Source: a bacterium (GTDB lineage Bacteria > RBG-13-66-14). From it: 30,454 bases of DNA. Under the pieces are notes generated by a model. The model was not told where the DNA came from. It did no database searches and saw only the letters and a list, made by a program, of their open reading frames with translations. Made by a program: the position numbers and the translations under genes. Positions within the stretch are counted from its first letter, which is position 1, and the number at the start of each line of letters is the position of its first letter. The DNA lies in NCBI GenBank assembly GCA_026398675.1, contig JAPLSK010000173.1, forward strand, positions 1-30,454. Direction: 5' to 3'. Shown here piece after piece: positions 16,678 to 26,314 of this stretch.

Positions 16678-17682
16678 CTACTCGGATTGCACGTACTCCT
16701 CCATCAACTGCCGGACCACAAGCTCGGAGTTGTAGGTGCCAATATGAGCCAGGTCGGCAAAATCGTCGGGGTCGCCGCCGTAGGCCTCAACGCTGGTGAA
16801 GTCCCGCCAGGAAAAACCCTCGTATTCGATGGAATCCCAGTATGCCATTGCTTCGGCCAGTCTCTCCTCGTACTCGGTATGCTGCCGGAGGAAGTCGAGT
16901 AGGATCGGGTGGTTGCCGGTGACGTAGCCGATCACCCGGATGTTGTTTTCGGAGCAGAGGTCGATGAATCGGTCGAAATAAGCGATTCGGGAGGGATGAA
17001 GCTCAGTAAAGCCTTTGTAGATATCGTAGAGTGATTGCAACAGGTTGCTCGATATCTTGACCACGCTTCTGCGCGACTCCTTTTCCATATAGTCGCCGGT
17101 CAAGGGATCGAACTCGTATTTGCCGCTGGGTTTGATCCCCATCAGATGATTCCACAGGGCCGTGAAAGAGTAGCGCAGCGAATCGCTGATGATTTGTAGG
17201 AGGTCTTCGTGACCCGCTTCAGGGAGGGGCAAATCCTCGATGAGGTAACGACTTAGTTCGGGAACCTGGAGAAGCTGCCGGTGTACGGGCCAGATGTTGC
17301 TGAACAACTCCGGCTCTAGGCCGACGATGATTAACTTGATCGGTTTGCTGTTGTATTCTAAAAGTAGTCGCAGTTGGCAGTAATAGTCCTCGGCGCGGGT
17401 CATATTGATGCCATAGTTGAAGGCTTTTAGTCCGTACTGCTTGAGCTGGGCCGCCTCAAGCCGCATCACCCGGCTCGAACCAAAAATAAAGGCATCATAA
17501 TCCCGATTGTTATCCGGATTATAAAGGTAGTCGTTGGTCTTAACGAAGCGGTAATGGGAGGTGACGGGGGTGATAAGTTGTTCGCCTGAGTAAATGTCCA
17601 GCGGGTCCACCAGGTACTGAAAAACCAGCAGGGCTAGGATGGGGAGCAGGAAGATCAGGAAACGCTTGAACACGGAAGACAC
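16678..17682 (-). CDS. SGNH/DltD-AlgJ-like periplasmic protein, probable MBOAT partner
   Basis: N-terminal membrane anchor, FIFGSSRV (block I Ser), FNYG and DFADLAH (DxxH). Begins 8 nt downstream of the MBOAT stop. Confidence 0.65.
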   Translation of the reverse strand: MSSVFKRFLIFLLPILALLVFQYLVDPLDIYSGEQLITPVTSHYRFVKTNDYLYNPDNNRDYDAFIFGSSRVMRLEAAQLKQYGLKAFNYGINMTRAEDYYCQLRLLLEYNSKPIKLIIVGLEPELFSNIWPVHRQLLQVPELSRYLIEDLPLPEAGHEDLLQIISDSLRYSFTALWNHLMGIKPSGKYEFDPLTGDYMEKESRRSVVKISSNLLQSLYDIYKGFTELHPSRIAYFDRFIDLCSENNIRVIGYVTGNHPILLDFLRQHTEYEERLAEAMAYWDSIEYEGFSWRDFTSVEAYGGDPDDFADLAHIGTYNSELVVRQLMEEYVQSE

Positions 17683-17690
17683 ATCCGCTC

Positions 17691-19130
17691 CTAGAACTGG
17701 AAGTAGATGAACTCGGAGCCGCCGAAGGTGCCGAAGCAGAGCACCCCGACGACCAGGGCGTAGTAGATGCTCCAGCGGACCCAGCCGGGCAGCTTTTCGA
17801 TTTTAAGGGCGTGGGGCTTCCTCCGCTGCACCCACTCGACGGCGAGCAGGCCCAGGCTGACCAGTACGGGCATCACGTAGTAGGTGTACCAAACCTGGCC
17901 CAGCATGAGCGGGTGGGTGACCATCCGGGTGAGATACCCGAAGGCCTGCCCGAGCGAATCGGCCCGGAAGAACACCCAGCCCAGAAGGACTAAAAGGAAT
18001 GTCCCCACCATCTGCCCCGTCTCCTTGAGGCTGGGCAGGAGGCGCTTTTTCGCCACGACGCCGGTGAAGGTCGGCGGCTCTTTTTTTAAAATCATGGGGA
18101 TGAAGTAGAGCCCGTTCAACAGGCCCCAGGCGACGAAGGTCCAGTCGGCGCCGTGCCAGAGCCCGCTCACGGCGAAGGTCACCAGGGTGTAGAGAATCCA
18201 GCGCGCCTTCCCCTTGAACGGCCCCCCCAGCGGGTAGAAGATGTAATCCCGGAACCAGCTCATCATCGAGATGTGCCAGCGCCGCCAGAACTCGGTGATG
18301 TTCCGGGAGAAGTAGGGGCAGGCGAAGTTGGGGTTGGTTTTGAAACCCAGGAGCTTCCCCACGCCGATGGCGATGTCCGAGTAGCCGGAGAAATCGGCGT
18401 AGAGCTGGATGGCGTACAAAAAGATCCCGATGCCTAGCACCAGGCCGTCCTGGTGGTTGTAGGTCAGGAAAACCGCGTCCACGTAAACGGCCAGAAAATC
18501 GGCCACGGCGATTTTCTTCACCAGTCCCCAGAGAATCTGCCGCAGGCCGTCCTTGGCCTCGTCGGCGTCGAAGGTCCGGGGTTTCAAAAACTGCGGCAGG
18601 AGGTTCTTCGCCCGCTCGATGGGCCCGGCGAAAAGCTGTGGGAAGAAGGCGACGTAGGCGAAGTACGCCACGGCGTCCCGCGTCGGCTCACACTTTTTCC
18701 TGAAAACGTCTATGGAGTAGGAGAGGGACTTGAATGTGAAGAAGCTTATCCCCAGGGGGAGGATGATGTTGAGCGTGGTCGGGTCGGCCTTCAGGCCGAA
18801 TAATCGTAGCAGGTCGGCCGCCGAGTCGGCGAAGAAGTTGAAATACTTGAAGAAACCGAGTATGCCGAGGTTGACGACCAGGCTCACTCCCAGGAGGAGC
18901 CGCCGCCGCCCCGGCCTTTCCTCGACCGCCAGCCCCCGCCCCACGAGGTAGTCCGACAGGGAGACGATTATTATCAGGCCGAGGAAGCGCCAGTCCCACC
19001 AGGCGTAGAAAAGGTAACTCGCGGCGAGGAGGAGCAGATTCTGGTACCGGGGCGGCTTACGGCGCAGGAGCCAGTAGCCGACGACCACCGCCGGGAGGAA
19101 GAGGGCGAATTGAAGGGAGTTGAAGAGCAT
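17691..19130 (-). CDS. MBOAT family O-acyltransferase (AlgI/DltB/PatA-like)
   Basis: MLFNSLQF, LLAASYLFYAWW, LPLGISFFTF, FFPQLFAGPIER, YADFSGYSDIAIG, EFWRRWHIS, SGLWHGA and FIYFQF motifs. Confidence 0.92.
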   Translation of the reverse strand: MLFNSLQFALFLPAVVVGYWLLRRKPPRYQNLLLLAASYLFYAWWDWRFLGLIIIVSLSDYLVGRGLAVEERPGRRRLLLGVSLVVNLGILGFFKYFNFFADSAADLLRLFGLKADPTTLNIILPLGISFFTFKSLSYSIDVFRKKCEPTRDAVAYFAYVAFFPQLFAGPIERAKNLLPQFLKPRTFDADEAKDGLRQILWGLVKKIAVADFLAVYVDAVFLTYNHQDGLVLGIGIFLYAIQLYADFSGYSDIAIGVGKLLGFKTNPNFACPYFSRNITEFWRRWHISMMSWFRDYIFYPLGGPFKGKARWILYTLVTFAVSGLWHGADWTFVAWGLLNGLYFIPMILKKEPPTFTGVVAKKRLLPSLKETGQMVGTFLLVLLGWVFFRADSLGQAFGYLTRMVTHPLMLGQVWYTYYVMPVLVSLGLLAVEWVQRRKPHALKIEKLPGWVRWSIYYALVVGVLCFGTFGGSEFIYFQF

Positions 19131-19236
19131 CGGCGTCCGGCGGTTTAGGGTTCCAAGGTAAGCCCTATTGTACCAAAACGTAGTCACTTTCTCAGCGGAC
19201 CGTCGCCGGTCCACTACTGTGTGAGCGTTTTAATTT

Positions 19237-19245
19237 TGCTAAAAT
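19237..19245 (+). promoter_or_regulatory. Extended -10 element (TGnTAAAAT)
   Basis: tgctaaaat about 30 nt upstream of ATG 19277, with RBS agggag. Confidence 0.45.
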
Positions 19246-19276
19246 GTCCGCGAGCAGCGCACACTAGGGAGTTTTG

Positions 19277-21549
19277 ATGAAAAACGCCTTTCTAGTACTG
19301 TTGACCCTGGGGGTAACGCTCGCCGGGGCGGGGTACGTCTCGGCCGTGCCGACGGGAAGCCCGGCGCCCGATGGGGTCTACCTCGGCATTTCCGGCGGGT
19401 ACGAGCTTTACCTGACCCGAGAGCCCCTGGCCAGAGCCGTGGAAATCGGCGACTCCGACGCGCCGCTCTACCTGGTCTCGACCATCGAAGGGCCGGTGCG
19501 CCTCCCGGGCGTCGCCACGGTCCACGGCTTCCTCCCCGATGGGAGCGCCGTCTGCCGGCTGACGCGGGAGGAGCTTCTTCGGCTCTGCGGCGACCCAAAC
19601 CTTTACTTCCGGCGGTTGATGCCCGTAGTGCGCGCGCCGGAGAGGCCGATGCCGCCCGGGTTGTTCTCGGTCGAAGGGGGACTTATCAACGAGCTGGTGG
19701 AGGAGGTGGACCTGGCGTCCATCATGGCCTTTGACGAGGACCTGGCCGCCTTCCGCACCCGATACACCACCAGTGAGGGTAACTTCCAGGCCCAGGACTA
19801 CCTCGCCGCCCTCCTGGAGGAGTACGGGTACGAGGTGGAGATGGATAAAAGGTTATTCGGCCCTCTCAGCAGGTTCTCGGTGGATGACGAACTGGTCGCC
19901 ATGGCCGGAGGCGACGAGATTAATCGTATCGGAGAGTGTTTTTTCTCTAATGACGGAGGAGAAGACTTCAGTTTCATCGGAAATTCGCCGGAACTCGGCG
20001 ATGAGAGCTGGGGTGGAGTTGAAGTCTTCTCTCCCAACACCATACATTACGCCGGCGGCCGATTCTACTACCGCTCCACCAATGGGGGAATAACCTGGAG
20101 AAAAACCGAGATCCTGGATGACGAGTTCAACAGGGTCGTGACCATGTTCTTCTTCACCCCGGAGGTGGGGTATATCTTCACCTCCCGGGGCCGGGTTTAC
20201 CGGACCGGCGACGGGGGCGACAGTTGGGAGGCCCGCGGGATGATGGGCGACATCGTGTACTCCGCGGCGTCACCGGCGGGCGCGCCGGACACGGTTCTCG
20301 CCGCGCCCCGAACCGGTGCCATATTCAGGAGTACGGATGGCGGTTGGACCTGGGATCGGGTCTACCGAGACGAATACGGAGATTACTGCTGGGACCTGGT
20401 CTTTGAGGATGGAGCTAAGGGACTTGGGGTTGGCGGCTGGGTCTTTGTCACCACCGACGCCGGCGAGACCTGGGAGCGGCTCGACAATCCGTCCCCCGAC
20501 CGGGACCTGGTCAGCGTCTCCCTCCTGGGACCGGGCGAGTACCTGATCTGCAACGATTGGGGCGGTCTGTGGTACACCGACGACGGGGGTGAAACCTGGG
20601 ACGACCGGTCCGGCGGCCTTGACAGCGTGGGGAGCCTGATAACGGACACCGCCTACGATGACGGACGCTTTTGGGTGCTCTGCTCCGACTACCCCGGTTA
20701 CTCCGACGACGGCGGTTACAGCTTCACCTGGCTGCCCTTCTGGCTCCCCGACGGTTTTCAGGGGCTGACGATGACCAATGTGATAGGCGAACGGCGGGGT
20801 ACGTCCCGACCCGACGAGTACGTATACTCCACCGCCCACTATGATTCGACCAGCCACGATTCGGACCCGATGGAGCTGGCCCCCGGGGCAAACGACAACG
20901 GCTCCGGTTCGACGGCCCTCCTCGAGCTGGCCCGTGTCCTGGTGCCCTACGACAACCGGCGCACTCTCCGGTTCGCCTTCTTCGACGCCGAGGAGTGCTG
21001 GTGGACCTCGTGGGCGAAGCCTGCGAAAAGTACGGCGACGGCCTAACCTGGACCAAGTGGCTGGAGCGTCACGGCGGCTCGGACCAAGCCTCGTTCTGGA
21101 ACGCCGGGTACGCCGCCCTCCTCGGCATCGAGGACCACCCCGTCACCTACCCCTACTACCACTCCCAGGAGGACGACTACCCGAACATCGAAGACCACTT
21201 CCCCTTCACCCGGCAGGTGACGCGGGCGACGGCGGGGGCGCTGGCCCAGCTCATCGGGCTCATCAAGCCGCCCGATGGGGAAGGCCCGACCGGACCCTAC
21301 GCCTACCCGAACCCCTTCCGCGGCGGGGAGCACGATGCGGTCACCTTCGCCAACCTCACTCCGCGCACGGAGATTTCCGTCTTCGACGCGGGCGGGGCCC
21401 GGGTCTTCCGGGCCACGGCGGAAAGTTCCGAATATTCTTGGGAAGTGGTTAATTCTTCGGGACTTACGCTGGCCTCGGGGATTTACATCTATCTTCTAAA
21501 AACGCCGGACGGGGCGGCCACCACTGGCAAACTGGCCGTTATCCGTTAA
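19277..21549 (+). pseudogene. Secreted M28 metallopeptidase with an Asp-box propeller insert and a T9SS/FlgD-like C-terminal domain; broken near 20996 by an apparent deletion plus frameshift
   Basis: Frame 1 gives a signal peptide, M28 N-part, 7 Asp-boxes, TAHYDS, GANDNGSG and FFDAEE, then junk to a stop at 21046. The other frame (20995-21549) gives SDQASFW, YYHSQED and YPNP...SGIYIY...KLAVIR. The GLxGS...NxDM segment appears in neither frame. Confidence 0.75.
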
Positions 21550-21557
21550 ATTTTTTA

Positions 21558-21586
21558 TTTACAAGGCAAAGAACGGGTGATATGAT
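21558..21586 (+). promoter_or_regulatory. Sigma70-type promoter of the RRM gene
   Basis: TTTACA-N17-TATGAT with TG at the extended -10 position. Confidence 0.65.
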
Positions 21587-21712
21587 TCCATCGCTTTAGC
21601 CGTAATTTGGCTAGGGTTGTCAAGAGGGCGGCCCCCGGCCGTCCTGCGGAAGGAGGGGCATCCCTCCAAGGGCGAGCGCCCGAAAGGCGCCATAGAGAAA
21701 TGAGGTCCGAGA

Positions 21713-21982
21713 GTGAAGCTGTTCGTGGGGAGTCTGAGCTGGGACACAACCGACCAGTCGCTTCGTGAGGCGTTTGAGCGCTTCGGCGAAGTGGTCGAGG
21801 CCAAGGTAATCACCGAGCGTGATTCCGGCCGGTCCCGGGGTTTTGGCTTTGTGACTTTCGCCGATGACGAGTCGGGGAGAAACGCCATATCCGAGATGGA
21901 CGGTGCCGAGCTCGACGGTCGGACCATCCGCGTGGATGAGGCTCGCGAGAGAAAACCGCGCGATTCCGAGTCCGATCGCTAG
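21713..21982 (+). CDS. Single-RRM RNA-binding protein
   Basis: RNP2 LFVGSL, RNP1 RGFGFVTF and LDGRTIRVDEA. GTG start. Confidence 0.92.
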   Translation: MKLFVGSLSWDTTDQSLREAFERFGEVVEAKVITERDSGRSRGFGFVTFADDESGRNAISEMDGAELDGRTIRVDEARERKPRDSESDR

Positions 21983-22005
21983 ACAAGCGCAAGACCAAAC
22001 GGACG

Positions 22006-22035
22006 GGGGAGAGGCCAAGCCTCTCCCCTTTTTTT
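22006..22035 (+). terminator. Intrinsic terminator
   Basis: ggggagagg-ccaag-cctctcccc followed by T7. Confidence 0.85.
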
Positions 22036-22080
22036 ATTCCTGAGTTTTCCAAGGGAACCCAGGGGGCCCCTAAGTCCGTT

Positions 22081-25000
22081 CTACCGGGCGATAACGAGGC
22101 GTTGTGCCAGGCTGCCCTCGTCGCTCACCAGGCGGTAGAGGTACACCCCCGAGGGTACCGCCCTCCCCGCCGAATCCCGGCAGTCCCAGCTCACCAGTCG
22201 GTCCCCGGCGGTCAGTTCGCCATCCAGCAGCGTCGCCACTCGGCGGCCGGCCAGGTCGTAAACCGTCAGCTCCACCGGGCCGTCGGCCGACAGCCCGAAA
22301 GCGATGGTCACTGAGGCCCGGGCCGGGTTGGGGTAGCTCTGCTGGAGGTAGGTTCTCCGCGGAGCGTTGGGCAAGCGGTCCTCAATCCAATCGCCGCCGC
22401 CTACGAACAGCACGAGCTCGCGCGCCGCCTCGCCGGGTGTGAAGCGGACGAGGTAGTCCTCCGCCTCGCCGAGATCAATCTCGGCTCCCGAGGCGGTGTC
22501 CAGGAGCACTGCATCGAGCCAGACCGGCAGGTCGTCCATTCCGGGCCAGCTCAGCAGGGCCTCGCCCTCCCCGGCGGCCGGGGTGACGGATATCCGGAAC
22601 TCCAGGCCCTCGCCCACCGTGGGTCGCCAGTCGGTGGCGTAGCGGCCGCGGCGGTTCGGCCAATCGTCGTGATCGAACCACAGGTTCGGTGCGCCGGAGA
22701 GGTAGGGCGGCTCGCGTTTCTCCAGCGAATCCCAGTAGAGTGTCGAACCGCGGGTCACGCCGAGGCGGTTCCAGCCGTCCACGATTCCGCCCGAGTCCAG
22801 CCGGAGCTCCAGGGTCCATTCCGGCTCGCCGGTATAAACGGTCGTCGGTCCGTCAATGGGCGCGGACGGGGAGGCCTCGGGTCGCGCCGGACCGGTGAGG
22901 GTCGAATCGTTTCCGGAAACTAAACCGACTCCCCCGGACACACCCGCCCGTGCCGGAGTTGACGCGGCGAGCGCCCACACGGGTTCCGCCTCGGGGGCCG
23001 GCAGCACCGACGGGGCGCCTGCGGTCCGATTCGTCCGGGAAATTAGAGGTGAATCGCCGGCTTGCGGGCTTTCGGGCTGGTACTCGATGGGCGGGATGTA
23101 GAGCGTCGCCGGAGAGGCGCCGTCGAAGTAGACCCAGTAGCCCTTCCAGGATTCCAGAACCCCGACGCTATACTCGTAGCTGCCCTCGTAGCCGACCGGG
23201 TCCTGGAGCAGACTGGAAACGCCGGAGTTGTCGTCCAGGTCCAGCACGTCGGACCAGGCCACGTAGAAGGCGTAGGGGTTCGCGATCTGGTTCCAGCCCG
23301 GATCGATGGTGATGGGGTACGGCTCGCCGGTATCCGGGCTTTGGCCGGCGCCGGAGTCCAGGGTGACGCCCTCGGCGGCCACGATGAGCCAGTAGCTCCG
23401 GCCGGGCATGAAGTTCTCGATGTCGCCGATGGTGTACTCGACGAAGGAATCATTCTGGTACCGGGCGAGTCTCCACTCCTTCTGGTCGTAGGGACCCAGG
23501 TCGTCCTCCAGGACGAAGTCCGGCGCACCGCCATCGTCGCCGTAGTCCGTCGGCACGCTGAAGAGCCGGTAATCGGCCACGGTGTGCCCCGAGTCCTGGG
23601 GCGCGCCCGGGTTTATGCCTTCGTCGGTGTAGGTGACCTGGATAGAGTACGGATCGTCGGCCCCGCCAGACGGGAGCATCGCTACGTTGAACCCGTCGCT
23701 GGCCCAGAGGTAATACTCCACGCCGCGCTCAGTGACGCAATCGGCGGGGATGGTCGCCTTGTAAATGTCACCGGACTTGGTCATGCTGACGCAGATGAAG
23801 TCGGCGACCCCGGTGGCGCGGTAGTACAGCCGCGCCCCAACGACGCCCTGGGTGTCGGTGACCGTGGCCTCGATCTGGACCGCGATGGCGATGGGGGCCG
23901 TCCGGATCGGGGTGTGGTGTATGACCGGCGGTGAGGAATCCGATCCGTAGGCGATGCTTATATCCTTGAGCACCGGCGTGGCGCACACGTCCTCGGTGAC
24001 CATCATCACCTTGTACTGGAAATACCGGTCGGTGTCCGAGAAGATGTTGTTCAGATCGAAGTACGAATCGGTGATGTCCTGCGACCAGCTCCCCATGTTT
24101 CCAGGGTTGTCGCCGGAGCGGACCTGGACTTTGAGGGTGGTCTGGTCGGGGTCGCTGGAGTTCCAAAAGATGGCTCCCCAGTCCAGATTGTCCCCTCCCT
24201 TGTCCAGGATGGAGGAGGTCAGCTCGCCGTAGTTGGAGTATTTGACGGTCTGCCACCAGGCGATTTCACCCAGTTCGGTGGCCGCCGAAACGGTTTCCAG
24301 AAGGCCGTTTCCGGTGACGTCTATGGCGCTGCAGGGGCCCGCGCCCGTGAAGTAGTCCTCGACGGTGTGACCGCTCCAGCTCAGCCCGTCGCCCGTTTTG
24401 TTCTCGAACCAGCGGACCACGTTGTCGCCGCCGCCGCCGCCCTCTTCCTCGCACGCCGTGGACAGAAGGTCGTAATCACCGTCGTAGTCGAGATCCACGG
24501 TCCGGACGTAGTAGGAGGGTCCGAAGTCGGGGGCCACGACGTGCTCGGCCCAGCCGGGGTTTTCCCACCAGGCCACCTGGTGGCCGTCGCCCTGACGATA
24601 GCTGTCGTAGGCGGATGCGGCCACGACATCCGTGTCGCCGTCGCCGTCCATGTCGGCTGCGCTCACCGACTCCGCCCAGGGGAAGTCGGTGGTGATTTTG
24701 GTTTCAGGCCAGGTGTTCGGTGCGCCCCCGTTGTTATTCCACCAGATGACGTCGCCCTCCCAATGGGAACACCCCACGAGGTCCAGGTCCCCGTCGTCGT
24801 CCATGTCCGCGGCGTATATGGATGTGGGGGCGCCCAGGTCGGACATGGTGTATATCAATTTATACATCGTCCAGGAGGAGGCGTCACCGTTATTCAGCCA
24901 GACGCGGAACTCGTCGCCGGACACGATGGCCCCCGCGATGTCGAGGTCCCCGTCGCCGTCGAGGTCCGCCGTGTCCACCCAGCTGGGGCGGTTCATGGTG

Positions 25001-25533
25001 TAGTCCACGGAGTGGCGGTTCCAGGATCCGCCGTGTCCGTCCTCGTTTTCCCACCAGACGACGGCTCCGGCGCCGATCAAAACCAGCACGATGTCCAGGT
25101 CGTCGTCGTTATCGAGGTCGGCCAGCCACACGTAATGGGGATCGTTTCCGGTCCCGCCGTCACCGATGTAGTGCGATGCCCAGGCGAGGCCGTCCCCGCT
25201 CGTGTTCTCCCACCAGGTCAACCCGGAATTGCCGTACGCAGCGCTGGCCACGTCTGCGTCCCCGTCCCCGTCTATGTCGCCGACGTGGAGGCTTTTCACC
25301 TCGGTCACATCGGTGCCGATGATGTTGCACATGGGATTCACGGTGCTGACCAGCTTCAGTGTAAGCTGGCCGGCCACGCCGGAGTAGTTGGTGTTCGTCT
25401 CGTCGAAAAATTTATTTCCCCATTCGCCGACCGGCCCCTCTTCACCGTCTCCGCCGTTCCAGTTGGTCTGGGTGGAGATGGTGGCCAGGACCGCCGAAGC
25501 ACCCACGAAAAGAATGAATAGCGTTTTTCGCAT
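22081..25533 (-). CDS. Large secreted FG-GAP/VCBS-repeat protein with a T9SS/FlgD-like C-terminal domain
   Basis: Signal peptide MRKTLFILFVGASAVLA, seven DxDxDGDxD-type repeats, Ig-like middle domains, and YPNP...VYDLAGRRV...SGVYLYRL...RLVIAR. RBS ggaggtga before ATG 25533. Confidence 0.85.
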   Translation of the reverse strand: MRKTLFILFVGASAVLATISTQTNWNGGDGEEGPVGEWGNKFFDETNTNYSGVAGQLTLKLVSTVNPMCNIIGTDVTEVKSLHVGDIDGDGDADVASAAYGNSGLTWWENTSGDGLAWASHYIGDGGTGNDPHYVWLADLDNDDDLDIVLVLIGAGAVVWWENEDGHGGSWNRHSVDYTMNRPSWVDTADLDGDGDLDIAGAIVSGDEFRVWLNNGDASSWTMYKLIYTMSDLGAPTSIYAADMDDDGDLDLVGCSHWEGDVIWWNNNGGAPNTWPETKITTDFPWAESVSAADMDGDGDTDVVAASAYDSYRQGDGHQVAWWENPGWAEHVVAPDFGPSYYVRTVDLDYDGDYDLLSTACEEEGGGGGDNVVRWFENKTGDGLSWSGHTVEDYFTGAGPCSAIDVTGNGLLETVSAATELGEIAWWQTVKYSNYGELTSSILDKGGDNLDWGAIFWNSSDPDQTTLKVQVRSGDNPGNMGSWSQDITDSYFDLNNIFSDTDRYFQYKVMMVTEDVCATPVLKDISIAYGSDSSPPVIHHTPIRTAPIAIAVQIEATVTDTQGVVGARLYYRATGVADFICVSMTKSGDIYKATIPADCVTERGVEYYLWASDGFNVAMLPSGGADDPYSIQVTYTDEGINPGAPQDSGHTVADYRLFSVPTDYGDDGGAPDFVLEDDLGPYDQKEWRLARYQNDSFVEYTIGDIENFMPGRSYWLIVAAEGVTLDSGAGQSPDTGEPYPITIDPGWNQIANPYAFYVAWSDVLDLDDNSGVSSLLQDPVGYEGSYEYSVGVLESWKGYWVYFDGASPATLYIPPIEYQPESPQAGDSPLISRTNRTAGAPSVLPAPEAEPVWALAASTPARAGVSGGVGLVSGNDSTLTGPARPEASPSAPIDGPTTVYTGEPEWTLELRLDSGGIVDGWNRLGVTRGSTLYWDSLEKREPPYLSGAPNLWFDHDDWPNRRGRYATDWRPTVGEGLEFRISVTPAAGEGEALLSWPGMDDLPVWLDAVLLDTASGAEIDLGEAEDYLVRFTPGEAARELVLFVGGGDWIEDRLPNAPRRTYLQQSYPNPARASVTIAFGLSADGPVELTVYDLAGRRVATLLDGELTAGDRLVSWDCRDSAGRAVPSGVYLYRLVSDEGSLAQRLVIAR

Positions 25534-25555
25534 GCTCACCTCCAATCATCGGCCG

Positions 25556-26194
25556 TCATTCGTTGGGAAGTCCGGGCCACTCGGGAAGGAGGTCTCCCCC
25601 CCCTCCCCCGCCGTCGCCGTTCTCACCTGACATGAGGGCGATGGCGACTCCGCCGCCCACCGCCGCGACCCCGCCCAGCGTCCACCAGAGCCAGTCCGTA
25701 TCGGACGGTTCCTTGATGTCGTTTAGGTAGGTTCGAGAGCCGACATCCTTGGCCAGGTTCGAAAGAGCGGTGCTGGAGGCCGTGGTGCGCTCCGTCGTGC
25801 TGGCGATGACGCTCCCCTCCTCCACGTTGATCATGCGGATGGTGAGGACGTAGTTGCCGCCGGAGCTGGTGACCGAGCCAACGATGACCCTCTCGGCGGC
25901 CAGCACCCGCCCGATCTCGACGGCGCACTCGACGTCGGTGCAGGTCAGCACCATCGCCTGCTCCTCCATGATCTGCGCCATGTACTCCCGCTCGAGGACC
26001 CAGAACCGCCCCTGGCGGATGAGCTCGGTGGTGAGGTACTGGGTGGCTATGCTGGCGTCGGTCTCGCTGACGCCCTGGGCCACGAGGGGGATGATGGCCA
26101 GGCGCGGTTTGACGGATTCAACCGTCGCCGTGACCTGCGCGGTGACTAAAGTCGCGGTGAGGAGGATTAAAAACAACGCGCTCAAGTGTTTCAT
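25556..26194 (-). CDS. Secreted CsgG/HfaB/FlgO-like domain protein with a C-terminal hydrophobic helix and Gly-rich tail
   Basis: Signal peptide; LAIIPLVAQGVS..FWVLEREYMAQIMEEQ..CAVEIGRVLAAERVIVGS..IRMINVE; then WLWWTLGGVAAVGGGVAIAL. Confidence 0.7.
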   Translation of the reverse strand: MKHLSALFLILLTATLVTAQVTATVESVKPRLAIIPLVAQGVSETDASIATQYLTTELIRQGRFWVLEREYMAQIMEEQAMVLTCTDVECAVEIGRVLAAERVIVGSVTSSGGNYVLTIRMINVEEGSVIASTTERTTASSTALSNLAKDVGSRTYLNDIKEPSDTDWLWWTLGGVAAVGGGVAIALMSGENGDGGGGGGDLLPEWPGLPNE

Positions 26195-26260
26195 GTCACT
26201 CCTTTCGCATGCTACTCCATTACCGTAAACCTAAATGTATTCCCCTTTCCAGTCAAGGGG

Positions 26261-26290
26261 AAAAAATAAACGGCCCGTTGCGGGCCGTTT
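26261..26290 (-). terminator. Intrinsic terminator after iscU
   Basis: aaacggcccg-ttg-cgggccgttt, with a T-rich tail on the minus strand. Confidence 0.75.
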
Positions 26291-26314
26291 TGGCGCAATG
26301 GAACCCTCCGACTA

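Noticed and set aside
20984-21060. Programmed ribosomal frameshift in the M28 gene
   Set aside because: No slippery heptamer is present, and a conserved ~50-aa block is missing from all frames, so a frameshift alone would not restore the enzyme.
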